DNA from: a virus
Virus record (IMG/VR): IMGVR_UViG_3300020473_000086
Reading direction: 5' to 3' (one strand)
DNA: 31,767 bases
A program made the translations under genes and the position numbers. A model generated the notes under the pieces. It was given only the letters and a program-made list of their open reading frames with translations, did no database searches and had not been told where the DNA came from. Positions 17,810 to 25,040 of the stretch are shown here, piece by piece. Each line of letters starts with the position of its first letter. The stretch's first letter is position 1.

Positions 17810-18047
17810 TATTGTTAGGTTCAACCCCAACCAACGTTGGCTAACTTCAGAAGAGCATAGCGCTAATGGAATTATCTTAACTGTCCTTGACGGGGGAAGT
17901 CATAGAAAGAATACAAGCTATCAGGTCATGTGGTCTTCTGAGATGGACCACGGTGGGCTGTCCCCACTCTTTGATGTTAATGGTAGTGGAACTATTGGGT
18001 GGTATGTAGCACCCAGTTTGGTAAAGGTAGAAGACGTTGAAGAATGA
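17796..18047 (+). CDS. SH3/KOW-like microprotein
   Basis: MKVGDIVRF...GIILTV...QVMW. Confidence 0.75.
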   Translation: MKVGDIVRFNPNQRWLTSEEHSANGIILTVLDGGSHRKNTSYQVMWSSEMDHGGLSPLFDVNGSGTIGWYVAPSLVKVEDVEE

Positions 18048-18095
18048 ATCGTTCGCAGAAAGAATTAGAAAAACAGAAGAAGTAGTAGGCATAGT

Positions 18096-18374
18096 TTGTC
18101 TCTATTCGATGGTCTTTATTGTCACAGGATTGGTTGGTACTATATGTTTATAGATCTTATTGATGTAGACTGGAGCGATTATCAAGGTGATGTTAAGGTC
18201 GGAGATCTTCTTAAGATCAAAGAGGGCATGATGCTTATTGAACCAATCGATCCAGTTCTCGTTCTTGAAGCCGACAATGATAAAGGCATCTACGAGATCA
18301 TGTATACACGAAACAATTATATCATTGGTTGTGGTCGTATGGAGATTGAAAGAGTGATCAGTGAAAGTCGGTGA
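18096..18374 (+). CDS. Protein with internal KOW-like segment; start uncertain
   Basis: VKVGDLLKI...IERVISESR. Confidence 0.65.
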   Translation: MSLFDGLYCHRIGWYYMFIDLIDVDWSDYQGDVKVGDLLKIKEGMMLIEPIDPVLVLEADNDKGIYEIMYTRNNYIIGCGRMEIERVISESR

Positions 18375-18570
18375 CGTAGTTTCAGAAGCTCTAGATTTTG
18401 GGGTAGACTGGGAAGAAGCTGAGCGTATGGATCAAACGCAAAGAGGGGTAATCTTTAGTAAGAGCAAAGGCTTATTTCATGTGCTTTGGTTCGATACTCA
18501 GGAATCTTCTTCACGTACAGACTATTGGGCACGCAGCAAATCAGTGAGAGTGATTAATGAAAATAGGTGA
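18361..18570 (+). CDS. SH3/KOW-like microprotein
   Basis: GTG start, KVGDVV...HVLW...VRVINENR. Confidence 0.75.
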   Translation: MKVGDVVSEALDFGVDWEEAERMDQTQRGVIFSKSKGLFHVLWFDTQESSSRTDYWARSKSVRVINENR

Positions 18571-18757
18571 CATGGTTAGGTTGCAGCGAGGTGTGGGCAA
18601 TCATTTTAACTTGAAAAGTTATATTGCCATATTAATCGAAAAGATTCCAAGAGATGATAATCTCGAGTATGACTGGCTTGTGATGACTGATGGCCGTTTC
18701 ATTTCCTTAGGAAGACAGATAGAACAAAGCGCGGAGTTAATTGATGAAGCCGGGTGA
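18557..18757 (+). CDS. SH3/KOW-like microprotein
   Basis: MKIGDMVRL...ELIDEAG. Confidence 0.75.
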   Translation: MKIGDMVRLQRGVGNHFNLKSYIAILIEKIPRDDNLEYDWLVMTDGRFISLGRQIEQSAELIDEAG

Positions 18758-18947
18758 TGTAGTAAGAAGAAAAATGTATCCTGATAATTTAGGGCTTTTC
18801 ATGGGAATGCGCACATTTAAAAATTCGAATTTAGGAGATGACTATACATGTGCTGAAGTTATGTGGTTCCACACGCGTGCATCAAACGGAGACGTAGTCA
18901 GTACCATTCAGTATGATCTTATTGAGGTTTATAATGAAAATCGGTGA
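18744..18947 (+). CDS. SH3/KOW-like microprotein
   Basis: MKPGDVVRR...EVMW...IEVYNENR. Confidence 0.75.
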   Translation: MKPGDVVRRKMYPDNLGLFMGMRTFKNSNLGDDYTCAEVMWFHTRASNGDVVSTIQYDLIEVYNENR

Positions 18948-19080
18948 CCTGGTGATATCACGCGGGTGGCGCCGGGCAGGGTTAGTGGTGGACTTAGACC
19001 TATGTAATGGCGATGCATATGTGAAGTGGGAAACAAAAGTTACATGGTCTGAAATTAAATACTTGGAAGTCGTTCAATGA
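18934..19080 (+). CDS. SH3/KOW-like microprotein, 48 aa (not in ORF track)
   Basis: MKIGDLVIS...GLVVD...YVKW...LEVVQ. Confidence 0.7.
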   Translation: MKIGDLVISRGWRRAGLVVDLDLCNGDAYVKWETKVTWSEIKYLEVVQ

Positions 19081-19313
19081 AGGTCGGTGATTTGGTCGCA
19101 ACAACAAGCCGCGCCCTGCGTCGGTCAGCAGCCGCAGCAGATGGCAGCCACCCTAACCTCAAGATCCCGGCCGGTATTGTTCTTAAGCTAAGAAAGGACG
19201 GCCATAATGCAGGACCACCAGAGACTGCGAAGGTCTGCTGGAGCGAAGGCGGCCAACATTTCGAATGCTGGTGTTGGGTTACTGACTTGGAGGTTATCAG
19301 TGAGAGTCGGTGA
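19077..19313 (+). CDS. SH3/KOW-like microprotein
   Basis: MKVGDLVAT...GIVLKL...KVCW...LEVISESR. Confidence 0.75.
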   Translation: MKVGDLVATTSRALRRSAAAADGSHPNLKIPAGIVLKLRKDGHNAGPPETAKVCWSEGGQHFECWCWVTDLEVISESR

Positions 19314-19488
19314 TCTAGTTAGGCATAAGCGAGTAGGGAAGTTGGCTCTGATTACAAAGTCAGATGTATCGCTTGGTGATCATGCCATCGATAAGATATA
19401 CCAGTTCCCTGAGTTTATGTGGTTAGATAATGGTGAATTTGACTCATGTGCGCACGACCATTTGGAGGTTATCAGTGAAGATGAATAA
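19300..19488 (+). CDS. SH3/KOW-like microprotein
   Basis: GTG start after GGAGG; RVGDLVRH...LEVISEDE. Confidence 0.7.
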   Translation: MRVGDLVRHKRVGKLALITKSDVSLGDHAIDKIYQFPEFMWLDNGEFDSCAHDHLEVISEDE

Positions 19489-19909
19489 GCTTTTTATATT
19501 AATAGTATTAATAATGGGCTGCGGCTCTGAAAGTGAAGTGCTTGAATGTCCTTACACCCAAGAAGACCAGGCGGGAGAATATGCAGTAGTCCTAAAAGAA
19601 ACTTCCGGAGACTGCGGGCCTATCGGAGAGATCACTACAGACATAGTACATGGTGTTATTTACCCTTCAGACAATTTAGGGTGCAATCATCCTCCGATGG
19701 TGGTTTGGTATCTAAACTCTTGTACTACTATTTCTCGATTTGAATGTGATGATGGAGATTGGGAAACTATTATGACTTGGGAATTACAGTCTGATTTATC
19801 TGATCCTTCTAGAATAACGGGAACTCTCCGGACCGACATGGTTCGCTGGGGTGGACTTTATACTTGCTCGAGCGAATATAGCTTGGAGGCGGTCAGTGAA
19901 AGTCGGTGA
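19481..19909 (+). CDS. Putative Cys-rich lipoprotein
   Basis: MNKLFILIVLIMG-C lipobox-like signal; multiple Cys; ends LEAVSESR. Confidence 0.65.
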   Translation: MNKLFILIVLIMGCGSESEVLECPYTQEDQAGEYAVVLKETSGDCGPIGEITTDIVHGVIYPSDNLGCNHPPMVVWYLNSCTTISRFECDDGDWETIMTWELQSDLSDPSRITGTLRTDMVRWGGLYTCSSEYSLEAVSESR

Positions 19910-20108
19910 TTTAGTAAATTTTAACGATCAGCCTGGATTCGTGTTTGGCAAAGATGAATACGGGATTGGGCTAATTATTGAAGAAGAATCTGTTGGGACA
20001 ATCAATCCTTTCAAGCTGTTCACGGTATGGTGGCCTGAGTATGCTCATGGTTCTGTTGAGTTTGAACATGAAGAAATAGACTTGCTACCAGTCCCGAAGG
20101 AAGAGTAA
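19896..20108 (+). CDS. SH3/KOW-like microprotein
   Basis: GTG start after GGAGG; KVGDLVNF...GLIIE...TVWW. Confidence 0.75.
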   Translation: MKVGDLVNFNDQPGFVFGKDEYGIGLIIEEESVGTINPFKLFTVWWPEYAHGSVEFEHEEIDLLPVPKEE

Positions 20109-20110
20109 AA

Positions 20111-20251
20111 ATGTTTCAACATCTAGCAAACTGTCATGGTGAGTGGAATATCATCTTTGCAATGTTGGGGTCTATTCCATTTATTGGTTTCTGGCTTAAG
20201 ATGAAGCTGCGTAGTCTACGAAAGAAAGAAAAAATAGATGAAACCCGGTGA
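20111..20251 (+). CDS. 46-aa single-TM peptide (not in ORF track)
   Basis: Hydrophobic core, basic tail ending IDETR with 14-nt overlap. Confidence 0.55.
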   Translation: MFQHLANCHGEWNIIFAMLGSIPFIGFWLKMKLRSLRKKEKIDETR

Positions 20252-20450
20252 TATTGTTGAAGTTCATTCAAGGGTAGAAGTAGCTGGCTTTACATGTATC
20301 GCCCATGGAATCCTTCTTAACGAAGTTCCCTCTAAACTTGATTCAACTTGGTGGCATGTTTTAGTTAGTGAAGGTAATGTGTTAACTTGGAACGAAGAGT
20401 TTCTTGTTGCTGCGAATGATAAAAGGTATTTGATAGATGAAACCAGGTGA
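20238..20450 (+). CDS. SH3/KOW-like microprotein
   Basis: MKPGDIVEV...HGILL...LIDETR. Confidence 0.75.
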   Translation: MKPGDIVEVHSRVEVAGFTCIAHGILLNEVPSKLDSTWWHVLVSEGNVLTWNEEFLVAANDKRYLIDETR

Positions 20451-20658
20451 CGTTGTCAGATACAGGATCTTCCCCCATGAAGAGCTTCACTTCTCCGGTA
20501 TGACTGGTCTTGTCCTTAGTGAACCACACGTCAAAGAAGATCAGTACGGAGACATGGTTACTGTGGACGTCATGTGGTCTGAAGAGCGCTCCTCAAGCTG
20601 GGGAGGATTGAACATTACTTGGGACTATATTGACGAGATAGAGGTAATCGATGACTAA
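20437..20658 (+). CDS. SH3/KOW-like microprotein
   Basis: MKPGDVVRY...GLVLS...DVMW...IEVID. Confidence 0.75.
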   Translation: MKPGDVVRYRIFPHEELHFSGMTGLVLSEPHVKEDQYGDMVTVDVMWSEERSSSWGGLNITWDYIDEIEVIDD

Positions 20659-21151
20659 TTCAAACACTTTTGTGTGGTGTGGCAAGAAGTGCCGGCATGG
20701 AAAATATTCTTCTGTTCTCTATTGTGACAATGTAGCTATCATCGGTAAGAAAATCATTGACAATAGAAACTATTCCATCAACCGCGGGCATAAACAACAG
20801 ACAGAACTTAGGTTTGATAGCGTAGATAGCAAGCACTATTGGAAAAGACATGCCGAGAGGAACGTTTCTGTTTTAGATACGATAGTTGCTATGCAGTACG
20901 GAATCAGCTTTAGAAGCGACGTAAGAAAAGGTAGAAGGTGGAGCAAAAGAACTGTCTATCTCCTGAATGATATTTTTGTCTGTGCTACAACTCATCATAA
21001 GGACAGAGATTTAATCACTTGCTACAGGATCGACCCGATCAGGAAGTCATGTTTTGATTGGTTTGTATCTTTAGGAGAGGAAGAAAGAAACGCCCTAAGA
21101 AATGAAATTGTAAATTCGCAGCATAAGGACTATAATATATCTATAAGTTAA
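20651..21151 (+). CDS. Basic hypothetical protein
   Basis: SD gaggt; 166 aa. Confidence 0.65.
   Translation: MTNSNTFVWCGKKCRHGKYSSVLYCDNVAIIGKKIIDNRNYSINRGHKQQTELRFDSVDSKHYWKRHAERNVSVLDTIVAMQYGISFRSDVRKGRRWSKRTVYLLNDIFVCATTHHKDRDLITCYRIDPIRKSCFDWFVSLGEEERNALRNEIVNSQHKDYNISIS
21108..21136 (+). promoter_or_regulatory. Sigma70-like promoter
   Basis: TTGTAA-17 nt-TATAAT inside upstream gene end. Confidence 0.55.
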
Positions 21152-21219
21152 TGGTACTCCGAGCAATAGAATTAATAGAATTGCATCATGGTCTTAAATG
21201 ACTAATGAAAGGAGATATC

Positions 21220-21681
21220 ATGAAGCAACTTATTAATAAAGGTCGGCTCGTTCGACACAGCATGAAAGAATACGGCTGGACTGAAGCGAAAGCGTCGCAG
21301 GCAGTAGATCGCTATGAGAAACTGTTTAAGCTTTTCGGTAAGGGAGTGTCAATCGTTCCAACCAAAGAGATTGATGATGTCTGGCATCTGCATATGCTTG
21401 ATCCAGTTTCGTATTACCAGTCCTGTATGTCTTATCATAATAAGATAATTGGGCACAATCCAGCGCTAGAAAATTCGAAAGAAGAAAAGAGTAGACTGCA
21501 CTCGATTTTCTTAATGACTGCTCGCTTGTGGAAAGAGACATACGATGAAGAGTACACTGGATTTGCTGCGGATTGTGACGGCCCGGATCATGCATGTACG
21601 GAATGCTCGATGGGAGACTGCCACTGGGGCATTGAAAGGTTTGAGGTAATTGACAATGCAGACATGCTCACAGCTGTTTGA
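21220..21681 (+). CDS. Glycine-rich-domain (GRDP/DUF1399-like) protein with Cys-rich tail
   Basis: PTKEIDDVWHLHML...Y...C...IIGHNP motif; SD aaaggag before ATG 21220. Confidence 0.65.
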   Translation: MKQLINKGRLVRHSMKEYGWTEAKASQAVDRYEKLFKLFGKGVSIVPTKEIDDVWHLHMLDPVSYYQSCMSYHNKIIGHNPALENSKEEKSRLHSIFLMTARLWKETYDEEYTGFAADCDGPDHACTECSMGDCHWGIERFEVIDNADMLTAV

Positions 21682-21775
21682 GTACGCAGAACTCTACTGG
21701 AAAGGCTTGGTCACTACGAGTGTCCCCCATGACCTGGCCTGGTGGTTCTACTTCAACTGCGAAGTCCTGGTCTGA
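21656..21775 (+). CDS. 39-aa aromatic-rich peptide (not in ORF track)
   Basis: MQTCSQLFEYAELYWKGLV...LAWWFYFNCEVLV; SD gaggt. Confidence 0.4.
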   Translation: MQTCSQLFEYAELYWKGLVTTSVPHDLAWWFYFNCEVLV

Positions 21776-21778
21776 CAG

Positions 21779-22430
21779 TCTCACTCTCTACCTCACCCTC
21801 TCTCAACAAAAATTCAAACGCGACTAACTATAGAAATTACTAAAGAAGTAAGAGAAGAGAGAGAAGCTTCTACTATAGAGACAATCACACATACGCACAC
21901 CACTACGAAGCACACTAAGACTCCAATAGTACCCAGTCTCGCAGCCTGCTCGGCCCTCTCGGCACACCTGGCATAACACCCTTTTACACCCACAAACCCC
22001 CTAATAACACCAACTTACACTCTTTTACACCAATTCCCCCTCCTTAACGAAGACAAGTGTCTATTCCACCACCTGTCCTGGCTCTGGACAAGTGTACCTG
22101 TCGTTGACGAAGAGAGGGAGTTTCCATACTATGATTCTGGAGATTAAGATCGCTGTGGTCGGAGGTAGCCTGTAGCTTAGCCCGCGCTCGCGCACTTGTA
22201 CACCACAAAATGCACAAAAGTAGAAATTAATGTACTTACATATGTAAAAAAAAGCCAACGATTTCAACCACTTAGAGTACTTTTTTTATTGTGTACAAAA
22301 TAATTACAAAAAAAGAAAAAACGAGAAAGTAAAGGAAAAAGAGCATGCGAGACAAAAATAATTTTTCCACGTGGCGCGCGCTGAGATTTAGTTTTGCGTG
22401 GGCGGAAGTGAAAAAAAATACTTTTTTTAC
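21779..22430. other. Non-coding, strand-biased tract (origin/terminus candidate)
   Basis: G-free runs of 41 nt (21779-21819) and 77 nt (21972-22048), 15-nt near-repeat, then A-tracts. Confidence 0.5.
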
Positions 22431-22439
22431 TGCAAAGCG

Positions 22440-22468
22440 GTGCAAATTGGCCGCTACTGTGGTATAAT
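22440..22468 (+). promoter_or_regulatory. Promoter, GTGCAA family
   Basis: GTGCAA-17 nt-TATAAT, TGG extended -10. Confidence 0.85.
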
Positions 22469-22479
22469 TTAAATGTTGG

Positions 22480-22494
22480 TGGGGATGGTCCCCA
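22480..22494 (+). promoter_or_regulatory. Leader inverted repeat TGGGGA-TGG-TCCCCA
   Basis: Near-identical to 15620-15634. Confidence 0.55.
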
Positions 22495-22524
22495 GCCGCT
22501 CATGAAAGAAAAAAGGAAAAAGAA

Positions 22525-23610
22525 ATGGAAATTTCAACCTTCAAGACAGTCGCCCGTAACCTTCCACCCCACATCGCTGTCCTCATGCGCGGCCCCACCG
22601 GAATCGGTAAGTCCCAAGTGACTCGTACAATCGCGGACGAGCTCGACCTACCATTCATCGACGTTCGAGGATCGACCATGCAGGAAGGTGATGTGATTGG
22701 TTATCCGGATCTCGAAGCGATGAAACGGGATGGTGTCTCCACCTTCTGCCTTCCGAGTTGGTTCATCCGCGCTACTAAGGAACCCTGCGTTCTCATGCTC
22801 GATGAGCTCAACCGCTCGATGCCAGGCGTCATGCAAGGCTTCTTCCAGATCGTCCTCGACCGAGAGTTGGGTAACGACTCGGAAGGCAACCCAATTTGTT
22901 TACACCCTGAGACTCGCGTCTTTGCGGCAGTCAACGTCGGTAACGAATACGACGTCAATGACATGGACCCCGCGCTGCTGCGACGATTCTGGGTTGCTGA
23001 CCTCGAGCCTGATGTAAAGGGTTGGATGGACTGGGCACGCGATGCCGGTCTTGATGCGACTCTCATTGAGTTCGTCGGTCAGAATCCTGAGCACTGGCGA
23101 GTAGACGCCGCACAGGCTGAGCCTGGTAGCGTATGTCCCAACCCAGCTTCTTGGCATCGATTGGACGAAGCACTCAATCACTGCGATTGGGCGCCAAGCG
23201 ATATCGCTGGTAACAGTCTTCCTAACGGGTTCTACCCAATGTTGACTGGCTTCATCGGTACTGAGGCTGCGATTGCTTTCGCGGACTTCGTCAAGAACTA
23301 CGAGAAGAACATTACTGCTGAGGATATCCTCGACGGCAAGGTAACCGCAAAGGAGCTTGAAGATGCTCCTGCTAGTCTGGTAACTGGCGTCATCGATAAG
23401 CTCGAGCACCACAGCAAGGACAATAAGTGGACTGCCAAGCAGGTCAAAGCTGTCGCGGCATTCGCTAAGTCTCTCGGCGGTGAGCTCCTCCTACAGACCT
23501 TCACGGCTGTACAGAAGAGTAACAACATCGACAACCTGGTCAAGCTGAACAAGATTATCGGCAAGGATGTTGTGACTATCGTTAACGGCGCTCGTAACGC
23601 CACCAAGTAA
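22525..23610 (+). CDS. MoxR-like/dynein-related AAA+ ATPase
   Basis: Walker A GPTGIGKS, Walker B LMLDELNR, FAAVN sensor, MDPALLRRF Arg finger, PNPASW. Confidence 0.9.
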   Translation: MEISTFKTVARNLPPHIAVLMRGPTGIGKSQVTRTIADELDLPFIDVRGSTMQEGDVIGYPDLEAMKRDGVSTFCLPSWFIRATKEPCVLMLDELNRSMPGVMQGFFQIVLDRELGNDSEGNPICLHPETRVFAAVNVGNEYDVNDMDPALLRRFWVADLEPDVKGWMDWARDAGLDATLIEFVGQNPEHWRVDAAQAEPGSVCPNPASWHRLDEALNHCDWAPSDIAGNSLPNGFYPMLTGFIGTEAAIAFADFVKNYEKNITAEDILDGKVTAKELEDAPASLVTGVIDKLEHHSKDNKWTAKQVKAVAAFAKSLGGELLLQTFTAVQKSNNIDNLVKLNKIIGKDVVTIVNGARNATK

Positions 23611-23680
23611 AACCCTGGAGGGTGCAAGCTGTAGTAACAGTCCGGCTGACTCGGCTTCGCCCCTCTCATTTGGAGAGACC

Positions 23681-23971
23681 ATGTCAAGCAATCTAGACAT
23701 TATTGAGACCCTTGCGCACTCCCTCAACGATTCAGATCTTGCAGATGCAATCAACATCCTGCATAAAGCGCGAAAGGCTAGACAAGCAAATCAACTGCTC
23801 GAAATGAAGAACACCCTGGCGAAGGGAGACGTTGTCGAGTTCTACCACTCCACAAAGGGAGAGTATATTCGCGGGTCGATCAAGAAGGTTAAGACCAAGA
23901 AAGCGCTGGTCATTGAAGAGAATTCATTGATGACTTGGGACGTTCCTATGGGAATGCTTAAGAAAGTATGA
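23681..23971 (+). CDS. Helical plus KOW-like protein
   Basis: LAKGDVVEF...RGSIKKVKTKKALV. Confidence 0.7.
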   Translation: MSSNLDIIETLAHSLNDSDLADAINILHKARKARQANQLLEMKNTLAKGDVVEFYHSTKGEYIRGSIKKVKTKKALVIEENSLMTWDVPMGMLKKV

Positions 23972-23996
23972 ACACCCTACTACAGTAGTTTATAAT
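23968..23996 (+). promoter_or_regulatory. Promoter variant
   Basis: ATGAAC-17 nt-TATAAT; ATG 7 nt downstream. Confidence 0.45.
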
Positions 23997-24002
23997 ATTA
24001 AT

Positions 24003-24248
24003 ATGAAGGACAGCAAATTGGAAGAAAAATATATAGTCGATATGGTCAGCAATTTGAGGTCGGCCGCTGACCAACTGGTTGTAGCATTGGCTCAGCTACA
24101 GGCAGGACAGAATGATGGTTGGGTCCGTGAATACTACCGAGAAACAATAACCAGGTTACAGGAAGACCTGTGTATCCAGCTCCGAAAGGTACCCAAAGGA
24201 GACGACAGACTGGAGCAATTAAACATATTCGGTACGGAAAACGACTAA
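24003..24248 (+). CDS. Helical hypothetical protein
   Basis: ORF directly after promoter. Confidence 0.6.
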   Translation: MKDSKLEEKYIVDMVSNLRSAADQLVVALAQLQAGQNDGWVREYYRETITRLQEDLCIQLRKVPKGDDRLEQLNIFGTEND

Positions 24249-24259
24249 CTGTCTGACCC

Positions 24260-24312
24260 GGGAGGGCGCCAAGTATTACAGGAGAAATATTTAGGGAGGT
24301 TGGCGCCCTCCC
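24260..24312 (+). terminator. Long hairpin, probable terminator
   Basis: Perfect 13-bp stem GGGAGGGCGCCAA/TTGGCGCCCTCCC, 27-nt loop. Confidence 0.55.
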
Positions 24313-24350
24313 ACGGTCTTTAAAAAAGTAAAAATAACCACTATAAAGTC

Positions 24351-24380
24351 GTGCAAAACACCTTGAAACTGTGATATAAT
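24351..24380 (+). promoter_or_regulatory. Promoter, GTGCAA family
   Basis: AAAGTC-GTGCAA-18 nt-TATAAT-TAATCATAA. Confidence 0.75.
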
Positions 24381-24409
24381 TAATCATAAGTTAAATAAAG
24401 GAATTAATC

Positions 24410-24742
24410 ATGACTAACAAAAACACACTTCACATCCACAAATGGGAAACTTTCGAATCCGTTATCTTTGAGGACGCTGCACTTCGCGCTGGTGATCACG
24501 TTACCTGTGAGCTCTGGGGTAAAGGTGAAGTCAAGGAAGTATTCTGGAACGGTAAAGGTAAGCACTGCCTCGTTAACTTCTTTGACGCTGGTACGCTCCT
24601 TGTCCGTCGTGAGGATATGAACCTAGGTGAAGATGGTTGGTTAGCTGATGCCACCCTTTCCGGTGCTCATAAGCGCATCCGTCATGACAAGGAGCTCCGG
24701 AAGTTACTAGATGCTCAGGTTTGGAAAACCGCACGAAGATAA
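24410..24742 (+). CDS. Hypothetical protein with KOW-like segment
   Basis: LRAGDHVTCELWGKGEV. Confidence 0.7.
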   Translation: MTNKNTLHIHKWETFESVIFEDAALRAGDHVTCELWGKGEVKEVFWNGKGKHCLVNFFDAGTLLVRREDMNLGEDGWLADATLSGAHKRIRHDKELRKLLDAQVWKTARR

Positions 24743-24760
24743 TAAAAACATCTGAATATC

Positions 24761-24789
24761 GTGCAATAGTCCAGATAGTGTGGTATAAT
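24761..24789 (+). promoter_or_regulatory. Promoter, GTGCAA family
   Basis: GTGCAA-17 nt-TATAAT, TGG extended -10. Confidence 0.85.
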
Positions 24790-24818
24790 AATAATATAAA
24801 GAATAAAGGATTAACCAA

Positions 24819-25004
24819 ATGCAATTCGAAACAACACGTCGAATGTTCGACATCAACTACCGGGAAGCTGGTAGCAACAGTTACTACACTGCAGTCCATA
24901 CACGGGCTGACGGATCGCGAGAAGTATACACCCGGAAGTCACTCAGTTCTCTGAAGTCTTTCCTCCGGGAAAAGAATGCGGACTTCGTAGTTCGTAGCCG
25001 ATAA
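24819..25004 (+). CDS. Small hypothetical protein
   Basis: Follows promoter and SD aaagga. Confidence 0.65.
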   Translation: MQFETTRRMFDINYREAGSNSYYTAVHTRADGSREVYTRKSLSSLKSFLREKNADFVVRSR

Positions 25005-25040
25005 GAAAAAGTTAATAGAATCAACCACTTAGGGGATATC

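Noticed and set aside
17651-20658. Diversity-generating retroelement, retron or integron explaining the repeats
   Set aside because: No reverse transcriptase or integrase in the window, no TR/VR pair with adenine-specific differences, and no attC-like dyads.
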